The notes below the pieces were generated by a model. The model was not told the DNA's origin, did no database searches, and worked only from the letters and a program-made list of their open reading frames with translations. DNA of 64,000 nt from Candidatus Sulfomarinibacteraceae bacterium (GTDB lineage Bacteria; Acidobacteriota; Thermoanaerobaculia; Thermoanaerobaculales; Sulfomarinibacteraceae): assembly GCA_963796455.1 (NCBI GenBank), contig CAWCLO010000004.1:928001-992000 (forward strand), given 5' to 3'. A program made the position numbers and the translations under genes. Below are positions 20,360 through 31,997 of the stretch, piece by piece (position 1 is the first letter of the stretch; every line of letters begins with the position of its first letter).

Positions 20360-23014
20360 ATGTTCAAAAGTTCAGGTTTTGTTGGTTTTGTTTTCGCGAT
20401 TTCGATGATCGTTGTTTTCGTGCCGGTCGCAGGCGCAGACGACCCCATCCCGACACCGGAAAGCGTTCTCGGTTTCGTGCCCGGGTCCGATCGTCAATTA
20501 ATGGACTACGGTCAATTGACCGGTTATCTGCAGCAGCTCTCCGACGCCTCATCCAGAATCGAAATGCGGGAGGTCGGAAAGACCCCGCTCGGACGAACCA
20601 TGTACGTTTTGTTCGTTTCGTCGCCCGAGAATATCGGCCGGCTGGACGAACTCCGCGACATCAACAAGCGACTGGCGCTGGATCCGGAGATTCCGGATGA
20701 CGAGCGGGTCGGTCTGGTAGATCAGGCTCGCGTCTTTGTGATGGAGGCGCTGTCCATGCACTCCGGCGAGGTCGCCCCGAGTCAGTCGTTGGCACTCTTC
20801 GCCTATCAGATGGCGACGACCGAAGATCCTGAGGTCCTTGCCGAGATGGCGAATGTGGTCCAGATGTTTGTTCCGTGCCACAACCCGGACGGGATGGACC
20901 TGGTGGTCGAACACTACCGCAAATACCTCGGAACCAAGTATGAGGGCTCGTCACTCCCACAGGTCTACCACAAGTATGTCGGACACGATAACAACCGCGA
21001 TTTTGTCGCTCTGACTCAAGAAGACACACGAGTGATCGCACGCCTCTACAGCACCGAGTGGTATCCCCAGGTGATGGTGGAAAAACACCAGATGGGCTCG
21101 ACCGGGCCCCGCTACTACGTGCCGCCGAATCACGACCCGATCGCCCAGGTGATCGACGAAGGATTGTGGAACTGGTCGAAGATCTTTGGCGCCAACCTGC
21201 AGCGCGACATGACGGCTGACGGCAATCTGGGCGTCGCGAGTCACTGGGTTTTTGACGACTATTGGCCGGGCTCCACCGAAACCTCGTTGTGGAAGAACAT
21301 GATCAGTTTTCTCACCGAGGCGGCGAGTTGTAAGACTGGCACCGCGATCTACGTCGAACCGACCGAGCTCTCGGTTCGGGGCAAAGGCCTTTCCGAATAC
21401 AAGAAGGGTGTCAACCTTCCCGCTCCGTGGCCCGGCGGCAGGTGGGGGCTCGATGACATCGTTGATTTCGAACTTTCTTCGATGTACTCGATCCTGGGGA
21501 CCGCTTCCCGCCATCGCGCGGAGATCCTTCGTTTTCGCAACGATCTCTGCCGCAAAGAGGTTGAAAAGGGTCGCACCCAGGCGCCCTACTACTACGTCCT
21601 TCCAGCGCAGCAACATGATGCAGGAGAGCTCGCGGCATTGGTTGAACTTCTCGGGCGCCACGGCGTCGTCGTCAATCATCTGAAGGCTGACACCATGATT
21701 GGCGAGAACCACTTTTCGGCGGGAGACTTCGTGGTTTCGCTGAGCCAACCATACCGGGCATTCGTGAAGGAGATGATGGAGCATCAGGTATACCCCGAGC
21801 GCCACTACACACCCGACGGGGAGTTGATCAAGCCCTACGACATCACCAGTTGGTCGCTGCCGTTGCACATGGGCGTGAAAGCCATCCAGGTTGACACCCG
21901 CTCCGAGGTTTTCGAGGCGAATCTCGAGGCACTTGATGCCGGGCCCGACTCCCAGGCTGTCGATCTGCCAGACGGTGTCTGGGGAGTGGCCTTTTCGGCC
22001 AACGACAATCAGTCGTACAAGGCGGCTTTTGCCGCCCTCGAAGCGGGCCTCGAGGTCGGTCGTCTGACTCACCCATTCGGTGCTGAAGGGAGTGAGCTTC
22101 CTGCCGGGAGTTTCGTGGTTCTTGCGGGGTCGAAAAGGACCGACATCCTGCAGAAGATCGTCGATGAAACTACAGTCAATGGGCGGGTCTTCGAGTCGGA
22201 GATCACCGCGGCTAGGCAGCCGGTCCGTCTGCCCAGAATCGCTCTTGTGGAGACCTTCTTCCACGATATGGACGCCGGTTGGACCCGCTATCTCTTTGAC
22301 ACCTACGGCATCGCATTCACAGTTCTCAATCCCGGTGATTTCGAAACGACGGATTTTACAAAATTCGACGTCGTCGTCTTTCCGAGCGCCAGCAAAGACG
22401 TGCTCACCAAGGGTAAGTACAAACGCGGTGATCGATACGTGGTCAACGACTACCCCCCGGAGTACCGCAAACCCATCTCGAAAAAGGGTCTCGGCAAATT
22501 GACGGAGTTCATTCAGGGTGGAGGCATCGTGGTCTCCTGGGGTGATTCGACGGCGTTGTTCACCGATGGTCTCGAGGTTGCCGATGGCGAAAAAGATGAG
22601 GGCGACACCATCGAGCTGCCGGTTCGGGACATCTCGAAGGGCGCCCGGGATCAAGGCCTGCTGGCTCCCGGTGCTTTCCTCGCTGTTGATTTTCTCAAAG
22701 ACCATCCCCTGACCTGGGGCATGCCGGAAAAGGGCGGCGCCTTTTCGCGCGGCACTCCGGTCCTGCAAACCTCGATCCCGAGGCTCGATACCGATCGCAG
22801 GGTGATTGCGATTCACCCGGATCGCGATCTTCTGGTGAGTGGATATCTTGCCGGAGGAAAGGCCCTCCAGAATCTCCCTGCCATGGTCTGGGTTCGCTCC
22901 GGTCAAGGCCAGCTGGTACTATTTGCTTTCCGGCCCCAGCACCGGGGGTCGACGCCGGCGACCTTCAAGCTGGTTTTCAACTCGTTGCTTTTACCACCGG
23001 TAAGCGCGGAATAG
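20360..23014 (+). CDS. secreted M14-family zinc carboxypeptidase-like protein
   Basis: Signal peptide; HSGE (HxxE), NPDG, DNNRD and HQM; SD GGAGG before the ATG at 20360. Confidence 0.87.
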   Translation: MFKSSGFVGFVFAISMIVVFVPVAGADDPIPTPESVLGFVPGSDRQLMDYGQLTGYLQQLSDASSRIEMREVGKTPLGRTMYVLFVSSPENIGRLDELRDINKRLALDPEIPDDERVGLVDQARVFVMEALSMHSGEVAPSQSLALFAYQMATTEDPEVLAEMANVVQMFVPCHNPDGMDLVVEHYRKYLGTKYEGSSLPQVYHKYVGHDNNRDFVALTQEDTRVIARLYSTEWYPQVMVEKHQMGSTGPRYYVPPNHDPIAQVIDEGLWNWSKIFGANLQRDMTADGNLGVASHWVFDDYWPGSTETSLWKNMISFLTEAASCKTGTAIYVEPTELSVRGKGLSEYKKGVNLPAPWPGGRWGLDDIVDFELSSMYSILGTASRHRAEILRFRNDLCRKEVEKGRTQAPYYYVLPAQQHDAGELAALVELLGRHGVVVNHLKADTMIGENHFSAGDFVVSLSQPYRAFVKEMMEHQVYPERHYTPDGELIKPYDITSWSLPLHMGVKAIQVDTRSEVFEANLEALDAGPDSQAVDLPDGVWGVAFSANDNQSYKAAFAALEAGLEVGRLTHPFGAEGSELPAGSFVVLAGSKRTDILQKIVDETTVNGRVFESEITAARQPVRLPRIALVETFFHDMDAGWTRYLFDTYGIAFTVLNPGDFETTDFTKFDVVVFPSASKDVLTKGKYKRGDRYVVNDYPPEYRKPISKKGLGKLTEFIQGGGIVVSWGDSTALFTDGLEVADGEKDEGDTIELPVRDISKGARDQGLLAPGAFLAVDFLKDHPLTWGMPEKGGAFSRGTPVLQTSIPRLDTDRRVIAIHPDRDLLVSGYLAGGKALQNLPAMVWVRSGQGQLVLFAFRPQHRGSTPATFKLVFNSLLLPPVSAE

Positions 23015-23029
23015 GACGATTGACGGAAG

Positions 23030-25363
23030 GTGTGCGCGGCAGCTGATGCTGCCGCTTTCACCGGCCGAGGAGCATTCCAAAACGTGTTTGGTTTTTTTGC
23101 GAAACCCTGGGATCGATGCGCACCCGGTGCGCCCCGAATCGCCTTGCTTGCGATCATGGGACTGGTTGTTCTTTCGAGTGCGCCCGGGTACTGCCAGGAA
23201 AACGAAACCACCAAACCCTTTGAGGTTCCGCGGGCGACGTCAGAGGTCGTGATCGATGGCGTGGTCGATGAGCAGGCCTGGGACGACGCACTGATTCTGG
23301 AGCTTCGTTACGAAGTCCGGCCGGGAGAAAACATCGAACCTCCGGTGCGGACGGTGGGCTATGTGACCTTTGATGAACATCACGTCCTGGTCGCCTTCAA
23401 AGCCTATGACCCCGAGCCGGATAAGATCCGCGCCCGCTATCGGGATCACGATCAGGTGTTTGGCGACGATTACGTCGGCATCACACTGGACACGTTCAAC
23501 GACCAACGTCGGGCTTACCAGTTCTGGGTCAACCCTCTCGGCGTGCAACTCGACGCGGTCTACAATGACCTGGAAAGTGACTTCGACCGGGCATGGGATG
23601 GGATCTGGGAATCGGCGGGCCGTCTGACCGATTTTGGCTACGAGGTCGAATTTGCAATTCCCTTCAACCAGATCCGATTCCAGAACCTCGCAGGTCCACA
23701 GATCTGGGGACTCGACCTGACACGGACCTACCCACGTGACAATCGTTATCAGATGGGACTCTTTCCACGTGAACGCGGCGCCAACAGCTTGCTGGCGCAG
23801 GAAGAGAGAATCGAGGGATTCGCGGGTGTTTCGCCGGGACGCAATCTCGAGTTGGTTCCGACACTGACCGGTTTCGTGCATCAGGAACGACCGGATTTCC
23901 CGGACTCGATGGAAACCTCGGAGGAAAAGAGCCTCGAACCAGGGGTCACCGGCAGGTGGGGAATCACGCCGAACATCACCCTGATCGGCGCCATCAATCC
24001 GGACTTCTCCCAGGTCGAGGCCGATGCGGTGAAGTTGGCCATCAACGAACGATTCGCGCTCTTTTTTGAAGAAAAGCGCCCATTCTTTCTTGAAAGTTCC
24101 GACTATTTCGAAACCGGTATGAACCTGCTCTACACGCGGATGATCAACGATCCCATCGCAGCCCTCAAGACAACTGGAAAGATGGACGCCAACACCTTCG
24201 GGTTGTTCGCGGCGCGCGACGAGATCACCAATGTTGTCGTCCCGGGTGCACAGGGCTCGGATTCGGGCTCCTTCGAAAGCGCCAGCAACTCCCTGGTCGG
24301 TCGCTATCGCTACGATATCGGGCTCGAGTCCGCGATCGGAGTGTTATTTACCGAGCGTCAGGGAGAAGACGGCTACTTCAATCGGGTCGGCAGCCTCGAC
24401 GGCACTTTTCGTCCGACCTCGTCGGATGAGATCTCAGTCAACGCCGCCTATTCGAACACCCGATATTCCGGTGAGATGCAGGAGGAGTTCGAAGTCAGCG
24501 CTAAGGAATTCGGCGATTACGCTCTGACCCTCAAATACAAACACACCACACGATCGTGGTGGGTCTTTTCCGAGTTCCTGGATTTCGGTGAGGGATTTCG
24601 TGCAGATCTCGGGTTCATCCCGCGGGTCGGCTTTCGGCAGGGGACTGCTGGTGCCGGTTACATCTTGTGGGGAGACTCGGAGCACTGGTACAACCGTCTC
24701 GAATTCAGCGGCTTTGTCGGGCGCACGGAAGATCGGAACCGGGAGCAACTGGCTGACGTGGCGTTGGTTTCCTTCGGGGGCGAGGGGCCGCTGCAATCCC
24801 ACTTTCGACTCGAGCTGGCCGAGCGAACCGAGGTGTATGAAGGCGTTCGCTTCGAGAATCTCTTCACGCCGGAGTTTTTCCTCAGGATGCGTCCGACCGC
24901 GTCCTTTTCATTTCGGGTCAGAGGAACACTCGGCGATTGGATCGATTTCACCAATGTTCGACCGGCGGACCGCGTCCAGATCCATGGAAGCCTCGACTTC
25001 AATATCGGGCGTCACTTCGAACTGGATCTCGGCCACACCTATTCCATCCTTGATGTGGAGGGGGGTCGCTTGTTCACGGCCAACGTATCCGAGCTGAAGG
25101 CGGTGTGGCAGTTCACTACCCGAACCTTCGTTCGGGCGATTGTTCAACACACCGATATCAGTCGGGATCAGGATCTTTACGAGGACCAGGTCGATACCGA
25201 GAGTCGAGATTTTTTTGTCCAACTCCTGTTCTCCTACAAGGTGAATCCGCAGACCGTCTTCTTCTTCGGCTACAGCGAAGGCGGAGAGGAGAACCAGGAC
25301 TTTCCGTTGACCACGATCGATCGCACGCTCTTTCTGAAGATCGGTTACGCGTGGCTCTGGTGA
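23030..25363 (+). CDS. CBM9-like sugar-binding domain + DUF5916 probable outer-membrane beta-barrel protein; start uncertain
   Basis: 'IDGVVDE..W', 'NPDFSQVEAD', 'EKRPFFLE'; aromatic C-terminus LFLKIGYAWLW. Confidence 0.8.
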   Translation: MCAAADAAAFTGRGAFQNVFGFFAKPWDRCAPGAPRIALLAIMGLVVLSSAPGYCQENETTKPFEVPRATSEVVIDGVVDEQAWDDALILELRYEVRPGENIEPPVRTVGYVTFDEHHVLVAFKAYDPEPDKIRARYRDHDQVFGDDYVGITLDTFNDQRRAYQFWVNPLGVQLDAVYNDLESDFDRAWDGIWESAGRLTDFGYEVEFAIPFNQIRFQNLAGPQIWGLDLTRTYPRDNRYQMGLFPRERGANSLLAQEERIEGFAGVSPGRNLELVPTLTGFVHQERPDFPDSMETSEEKSLEPGVTGRWGITPNITLIGAINPDFSQVEADAVKLAINERFALFFEEKRPFFLESSDYFETGMNLLYTRMINDPIAALKTTGKMDANTFGLFAARDEITNVVVPGAQGSDSGSFESASNSLVGRYRYDIGLESAIGVLFTERQGEDGYFNRVGSLDGTFRPTSSDEISVNAAYSNTRYSGEMQEEFEVSAKEFGDYALTLKYKHTTRSWWVFSEFLDFGEGFRADLGFIPRVGFRQGTAGAGYILWGDSEHWYNRLEFSGFVGRTEDRNREQLADVALVSFGGEGPLQSHFRLELAERTEVYEGVRFENLFTPEFFLRMRPTASFSFRVRGTLGDWIDFTNVRPADRVQIHGSLDFNIGRHFELDLGHTYSILDVEGGRLFTANVSELKAVWQFTTRTFVRAIVQHTDISRDQDLYEDQVDTESRDFFVQLLFSYKVNPQTVFFFGYSEGGEENQDFPLTTIDRTLFLKIGYAWLW

Positions 25364-25426
25364 GGCTCGGACTCTGAGCGCTCCCACGAGAAACCATGCG
25401 GCCGCCGGTCGAAACGAGCGACCCTC

Positions 25427-25978
25427 GTGACGCTGGCCGAGATTCTGGTCCTCGCCGTGGGTCTCTCGATGGACGCTTTTGCCGTTTCGCTCGCTGGAGG
25501 CGCGGCAGGTAGGTTACGCCAGCCCCGGTCGGCCATCCGCCTGGCGTTTCACCTCGGGCTCTTTCAGTTCATGATGCCGGTGATCGGGTGGTATGCGGGG
25601 TCGCGGGCGGCCCACCTCGTTTCATCATGGGGTCACTGGGTTGCATTTGTCCTTCTGGCATTTGTCGGGGCACGGATGGTGATCTCCGGCCTCGGCTCGC
25701 ACGATGGCGGGACGGCGCCCACCGATCCGTCCAAAGGCTGGAATCTGGTCGCGTTAAGCGTCGCCACCAGCATCGATGCCCTGGCGATCGGGCTGAGTCT
25801 GGCCCTCGTCGGGGTGGCGATCTGGCAGCCGAGCGTCATCATCGGAGTGGTCACCGGAGTGCTCTCGTTGATCGGCATCGCCATCGGTGGCAAGGCCGGG
25901 GCTCGATTCGGGCCGCGGATGGAGGTCGCCGGTGGACTGTTGCTGCTGGCGATCGGAATCCGAATCGTCCTCTTCTAG
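25427..25978 (+). CDS. mntP: manganese efflux pump MntP
   Basis: 'LSMDAFAVS', 'FQFMMP', 'ATSIDAL'. Confidence 0.9.
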   Translation: MTLAEILVLAVGLSMDAFAVSLAGGAAGRLRQPRSAIRLAFHLGLFQFMMPVIGWYAGSRAAHLVSSWGHWVAFVLLAFVGARMVISGLGSHDGGTAPTDPSKGWNLVALSVATSIDALAIGLSLALVGVAIWQPSVIIGVVTGVLSLIGIAIGGKAGARFGPRMEVAGGLLLLAIGIRIVLF

Positions 25979-27175
25979 CTATGGGCGCTCGGGGGTTCGA
26001 ATCTGGAGACAGACGAAGAAACCGACCAGAGCGATTGCCCCGGCCAGGATGAAGACCCAACGAAATCCGTAGTTCACCCAGATATATCCGGAGAGAATCG
26101 GCAGGGTCATGGCTACGGCGTGGTCGATGCTGATGCCCAAGGAGATGGTCGGCGTGATGTCGGCCGGGTCATCGGCGATCTTTTTCAGATAGGTGGTTCG
26201 CGCGACGCGCAGCGCAAAGAGGACCATGTCGAGGATGTAGGCGGCGTAAAGGGCGAAGAGCACGGCCGTGCCGGAGAGGACATCTCCAGCAAAGGCATAC
26301 GTCAGGCAGATGGCGAGCAAGAGCAGCTCGTCCGCCGCCAGCACTGTGCGTTCGCCGACCCAGTCGATGACTTCTCCCAGGAGCGGCCGCATGATGACAC
26401 CGAGGGTGGCGGCGGTAAAATAGAGCAGAGCGATCGTGCTCAGAGAGACACCGTGGATCTCGATCAAAACCCAGGCACCAAAAGCGAGGAAGATCTGTTT
26501 TCGGATTCCGAAGAGTGCCGAAATCACATAGAAGAGCCGATACTTCTTTTTATAGACAAGACGGCGGGAGGGCGCATCGCCCCGTCCGGTCTTCAGGCGG
26601 AGATAGAGCACGCCGGCGAGCAGGGCGGTGGCGGCGGCAATCGCAAAGAAGAGCGAGAAGCGATCACCAAGGGTCCGGGCGAGGACAAATACCAGCCCGA
26701 CGCCGACAATCGTGCCCAGGTTCCTGGCGCCACCGAACTGGCCGAGGCGGCGTCCTTCCTTGCCGCCGTCGGCGAGCTTGAGGGCAATCGGGCCTTCGAC
26801 CGTGAAAATGATGTGTTCTCCGAGAGACCAGATGACCACGAACACCACGAGGGCGGCGTGGGTTGGCGCGAGGTAACCGAGGCCTACGGCCCCGACGGCC
26901 GCCAGGACCATGGCCGCTGCCGCCATCTGGGTCTCACGAAAAAATGTCAACATGCCCCCGGCCACAAAGATGATGAGGAACCCGGGGAACTCCCGCGGCA
27001 GTTCGAGCCAACCACGCGCTTCGGCCCCGAGTTGTTGGACCTCGGCGAGGTAGTTGTTGAATGTGGCGGCGAAGATGCCGGCCGCCGCGCCAAAACACGC
27101 TGTCGCGACCAGGGCATCCCTCAGATCGTGGTTTGTGGTTTTCGGTCTCGTGATGGTCAAGCCGGTGCTCCTCAT
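25979..27175 (-). CDS. MFS transporter
   Basis: About 12 hydrophobic segments; 'LELPREFPG'. Confidence 0.85.
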   Translation of the reverse strand: MRSTGLTITRPKTTNHDLRDALVATACFGAAAGIFAATFNNYLAEVQQLGAEARGWLELPREFPGFLIIFVAGGMLTFFRETQMAAAAMVLAAVGAVGLGYLAPTHAALVVFVVIWSLGEHIIFTVEGPIALKLADGGKEGRRLGQFGGARNLGTIVGVGLVFVLARTLGDRFSLFFAIAAATALLAGVLYLRLKTGRGDAPSRRLVYKKKYRLFYVISALFGIRKQIFLAFGAWVLIEIHGVSLSTIALLYFTAATLGVIMRPLLGEVIDWVGERTVLAADELLLLAICLTYAFAGDVLSGTAVLFALYAAYILDMVLFALRVARTTYLKKIADDPADITPTISLGISIDHAVAMTLPILSGYIWVNYGFRWVFILAGAIALVGFFVCLQIRTPERP

Positions 27176-27238
27176 CGATGGCGCGAAGCGGTCCGCATTG
27201 TACGCGTATACTCCGCGATGTCGACGGAAGGAGAAAAG

Positions 27239-29807
27239 ATGAGACGATCAGCGATTCTTGCCACGTGCTTTGCAATCCTTGTTGCGCTGGCGGCTATCCC
27301 GATCAAGGCCGAGGAAGAAACGGCCCAGCCGAAGAACGTCATCGGAAAATGGCTCGTATTGGGGCCTGTTGCACAGCCCACTCCGGCCTTTGCAGATCAG
27401 GATTCCTGTGAAGCTTCGAATGATCTGCTCGAAATCAATCATCTGCCGACCGGGATTTTGTTTCCGTCACCTGGAGACGAGGTTGATTGTTTTGGCACGA
27501 ACACGAGTTGGAACTTGGTCGAGGCCGGGTCCGATGGCGCGATCGGGCTTGATGCCACGAGCGGCCATGAAGACGGCCAGCCCTCGGTCGTGTGGCTCGC
27601 CACCACGGTGCGAAATGATCGATTCAGCACCCTGAACCTCGAGATCGAAAGCGAGCACCCGGCGCGGTTTTTTCTGGATGATTCCGAGGTCGAGAGTGGT
27701 GACGAAATCGAACTTGCACGCGGCACGCATCAATTCCTCATCCAATCCGTGTTCGACCCCGAAGTCACCGAGACATGGTCGATTCGGACCGAGCTGTCCG
27801 GGGAATTCGCCGAGTCGATCGAGGTCTCGATCGACCAGGGGCGTGATCTCGGAATTCTCGATGTCACCGACATCACCACGGCCGCAGGCATCGATCTTTC
27901 TCCCGATGGACATCGTGTCGTAATGTCTCTGACGCGCGTCCTTCCCGGAACCGATCAACGTGAGTCGTGGATCGAAATCCGTTCGACGATCGATGGCTCG
28001 CTGCTGCGGACACTGCGGGGTTCCTCAGATATCAGCCAGGTCAGGTTCGCGCCCACCGGAGGCATGATCTCCTACGTATCACGGAATCCGAATACCAAGG
28101 AATACGATGTGCTGGTGGCGGATCAGGATCTGGGGTCGGCCTCGATCCTTATCCGTGGGGTGGCCGATTTTGAAAGTTACATATGGTCTCCCCTCGGAGA
28201 CCTCATCGTGTATTCGGTTGAAACAGAGGCCGAGCAGGATGAGCGCGGCATCAAACGGCTCCGCGGCCTGCTCGATCGAATGGCGGGGAATCGAGACCTG
28301 AGTTCGCTCTATGCGGCCTCCATACCCAGTGGCATCACGCGCAGGCTCACCTCAGGAGACCTGAGCGTGGGCGCCCTCGCTTTCTCACCCGATGGCACAC
28401 GGCTTCTGGTCACCCGGGAGCGGGAGGATCTGTCACAACGCCCGTATTCCGTCACCGAGCTCTGGGAACTGAATCTCGCGGACGGCGGAGCGCGCAAGCT
28501 TCGCGATGGTCGTTGGATACAGGACGCGGCTTACTCGCCCGACGGAAAGACGATCGTGGTTCAGGCGGGACCGAGTGAGTTCGGTGAAGCGGGAATCGCA
28601 GTGGGCCTCGAGGCGCCGGTCAACGATTACGACGGCCAGCTCTTTGTCTTTGATCCGGAAACAGATTCGGTGGATGCGATCACTCGGGATTTCGATCCGG
28701 CGGTTGCCTCGTTCCAATGGAGTGTTTTTGATGGGGCCGTATATTTGCTGGCGGCCGATGGCCACCGTCGCGGGCTCTTCCAATACTCGTTCGAGAAAAA
28801 AGAATTTCGACCCATCGACACCGGGATCGAGAGCCTGGAGTCCTTTGCCATAGCCGAAGAGGGTGCGACCATCGTCGCCTCCGGGACCTCGGTCTGGACG
28901 CCACAGCGGGTCATCGCCCTGGATGCCGAAGACGAAGAGCCGCGACTGATCGTCGAGCCGGGGGCCGCGCGCTTCCAAGGAGTGCGAAGGGGAGACGTCG
29001 AAACCTGGAACTTCAAGGCGAGCGACGGACGCCTGGTGAACGGGCGCGTCTATCTACCGGTGGGATTTGAACCGGGCGGGCAGTACCCTGCAATCGTCAA
29101 CTACTACGGCGGTACCTCGCCGATGAATCGAAGTTTCGGCGGCAGGTATCCTGCCGAATGGTGGGCGGCCAACGGTTATGTGGTTTATGTTCTGACCCCG
29201 ACCGGAGCCTACGGGTGGGGCCAGGACGAGTCGGCAGTCCACGTCAACGACTGGGGCGAGGTCACGAGTCGGCAGATCATCGAGGCGACCGGCGCTTTTC
29301 TCGAGGCCCATCCGTTCGTCGATCCGAAGCGAGTCGGCTGCATCGGCGCATCCTATGGCGGTTTCATGACCATGTCGCTGGTTACCAAGACCGATATCTT
29401 TGCGGCGGCGGTGGCCCACGCGGGGATTTCTGCTCTCGTCGTACTGGGGCGAGGGTTATTGGGGATACAGCTATGGGGCGGTGGCCAACGCCGACAGTTT
29501 TCCCTGGAGCCGGAAGGACATCTTTGTCGAGCGGAGCCCGCTCTTCAACGCCGACCAGGTGACGACCCCGGTTCTGCTGACCCACGGTGACGAGGACCCG
29601 AACGTGCCTCCGGGAGAAAGTGATCAGTTCTACGCAGCCCTCAAACTACTCGGCGTCGAAACCGAATACCTTCGGGTCGCTGGTCTCGGCCACCTGATCA
29701 TGGAGCACGACAAACGGGTGCTGTGGTCGCAGAGCATCGTGGCCTGGTTCGACCGCTGGCTGAAGGACCAACCCGAATGGTGGCAGGCGCTGTATCCTGA
29801 ATCCTAG
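27239..29807 (+). CDS. secreted S9-family peptidase; frameshift near 29433
   Basis: SD AAGGAG then ATG; signal peptide; YYGG, GASYGG; catalytic Asp and His (DPNV, GH) lie in the shifted frame 29400-29807. Confidence 0.85.
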
Positions 29808-29874
29808 TGATCGTGGAAGATAGCGCGCGATCTTTTGTTGTATATGAAAAGATGGAGAAGCGGGAGTTTGAGCC

Positions 29875-30458
29875 ATGATGAGAGACCTCACAATCGTCGC
29901 CCTGGTTTTTGTGCTGGCAGGGGGCGTTCTCCTTGCGCAGGAAGCCGAGGAGGAAAAGGCGAAATACGTCTTTTTTGTCGAGGACTCCAAGGCGCGGGTG
30001 TGGGCGAATCTCACTCTCACCGGACAACGAGCCGACGAGCCCTACATTCCGATTGTCGTCGGCGTCCAGAACATCCAACAGAAATCGGTGACTCTGGATC
30101 AAGCGAGCTTCAGGATTTCGGATCTGGACGATCTGATCTATGTCATGCCTACCGTCAAGGCGTGGCGCAAGAGTTACGACAAAATCGTCATGGACCGGCG
30201 CACGATGTCCGCCTCGGGAATTCCCTGGCAGGTCTGGCAGACCGGACGGCGCCTTGGCGAGACCAATTTCTTTCCTGATCTGCGGTCCGAGAGAGGCAAT
30301 GTTCTGCGCGACTCGGTGACCCTTCGCAAGGGCTACGGCATGGTGGACATCCTTTATTTCGAGCGGCCGAGAAATTTCTCGCCAACCGTCCGTTCTTTCT
30401 CGAGGTCTGGGGTGAGGGTTGGGAATCACCTATCAAGATGCGGTTGATGGTGTTCTGA
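29875..30458 (+). CDS. secreted hypothetical protein; likely frameshift near 30370 (unshifted ORF ends at 30447)
   Basis: Signal peptide; the alternative frame gives a more protein-like tail KFLANRPFFLEVWGEGWESPIKMRLMVF*. Confidence 0.55.
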
Positions 30459-30738
30459 GAGACCGCCTTTCCAACATCCCTGAACAGTGCGTCCAGATCT
30501 TCCGCGTCCATCGCAAAATCGACTGTGTGGATAACACTCACCAGCAGGGCTGCTCAAAGGAACAAAAAGCCGCTCCGAAAACGGTCAGCCGTGTGAGTGT
30601 TTTCCTGGCCAAACTCATTGCTCTGGGAAAACCCGGTGTGGGCAGATAATTTCCGCCCGGGTGGTGGTGGTCTCCAGGATCATGTGATAGATTTCACTTG
30701 CTCGGCGGATCCCGCCGAAGTCACTACCGGAGACTACA

Positions 30739-31978
30739 ATGTCACGAGTCAAACCCTTTCGAGCCTGGCGGCCGCGAACAGAGATCTGCGATCAGGTGGC
30801 GAGCCCGCCATACGATGTCCTGTCGAGCGCGGAAGCGCGCGAGATGGCGGCCGATAACCCAAATTCGTTTCTCCACGTCGTCAAACCCGAGATCGATCTC
30901 GAGCCGGGGACCGATGTTTACGCGCCTGAGGTCTATGCCACCGGGGCCGCCAATCTAAGCGGTTGATGGATGAGAAGATCCTGGTTCAGGAGAAAGCCCG
31001 GCACTGTATCTGTATCGGCAACGGATGGGGGACCACGTGCAGACGGGTCTCGTGGCCGGCGCGAGCGTCGATGAATACGAAGCGGATCTGATCAAGAAAC
31101 ACGAACACACCCGTCCGGTCAAAGAAGACGATCGAACCCGCCATATCGATACGCTCAACGCCAACACCGGACCGGTTTTTCTGACCTATAAGGCCCGCCC
31201 CGAGATCGATGCTCTGGTGGATCGACTGACGGCGGCGGATCCGACCTATGATTTCGTCGCTCCGGATGGCATCCAGCACGTGCTCTGGGTTGTTGACGAG
31301 CCTGCCGACCGGGATGCCCTGGTTGACGCATTCGGCCGGGTGCCGGAGTTGTACGTGGCAGACGGTCATCACAGATCTGCGGCCGGGACCCGGATCCGGG
31401 CCCTGCGGCGCGACGCCAACCCGGATCACACCGGTACCGAGGCCTACAACTACTTTCTTTCCGTGATCTTTCCGGACAACCAAATGATGATTCTCGACTA
31501 CAACCGGATCATCAAGGACCTCAACGATCTCGACCCCGAGACATTTCTCGAAAAGGCCGCGCTGCATTTTGACGTCGAACCGGCAGATGACGGCCGTCCG
31601 GCCGGGGTTCGGAGCTTTGGTATGTACCTTGATGGCCGCTGGTACCGGCTGACCGCCAAACCTGACAGCGTCCCGGAAGAAGACCCGGTCAACCGCCTCG
31701 ATGTGGCGCTCCTGCAAAACAACCTCCTCGCGCCCGTACTCGGTATCGGCGACCCGAGATCCGACGAACGCATCGATTTCGTAGGTGGAATTCGTGGCCT
31801 CGGGGAGCTCGAGCGGCGGGTGGAATCGGGCGATTGGGCGGTGGCATTCGCGCTGCACCCCACATCCATCGACCAGCTCTTCGCGGTTGCCGATGCCGGT
31901 TTGGTGATGCCTCCGAAGTCGACCTGGTTCGAGCCCAAACTGCGTTCGGGCCTCATCGTGAGACCACTCGACGACTGA
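30739..31978 (+). CDS. DUF1015 family protein; two apparent 1-nt deletions at about 30956 and 31000
   Basis: 'VKPFRA..P', 'SPPYDV', 'IKKHEHT', 'ADGHHR', 'MPPKSTWFEPKLRSG'. Confidence 0.88.
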
Positions 31979-31997
31979 GGATGACGAGGAGGGAATC

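Noticed and set aside
20951..22906. 651-aa minus-strand ORF
   Set aside because: Antisense shadow of the M14 peptidase; no motifs; common in GC-rich DNA
25364..25426. yybP-ykoY riboswitch before mntP
   Set aside because: The gap is only about 60 nt and lacks the motif
26120..27238. N-terminal extension of the 1156-aa ORF
   Set aside because: Antisense to the MFS gene; SD and signal peptide point to a start at 27239
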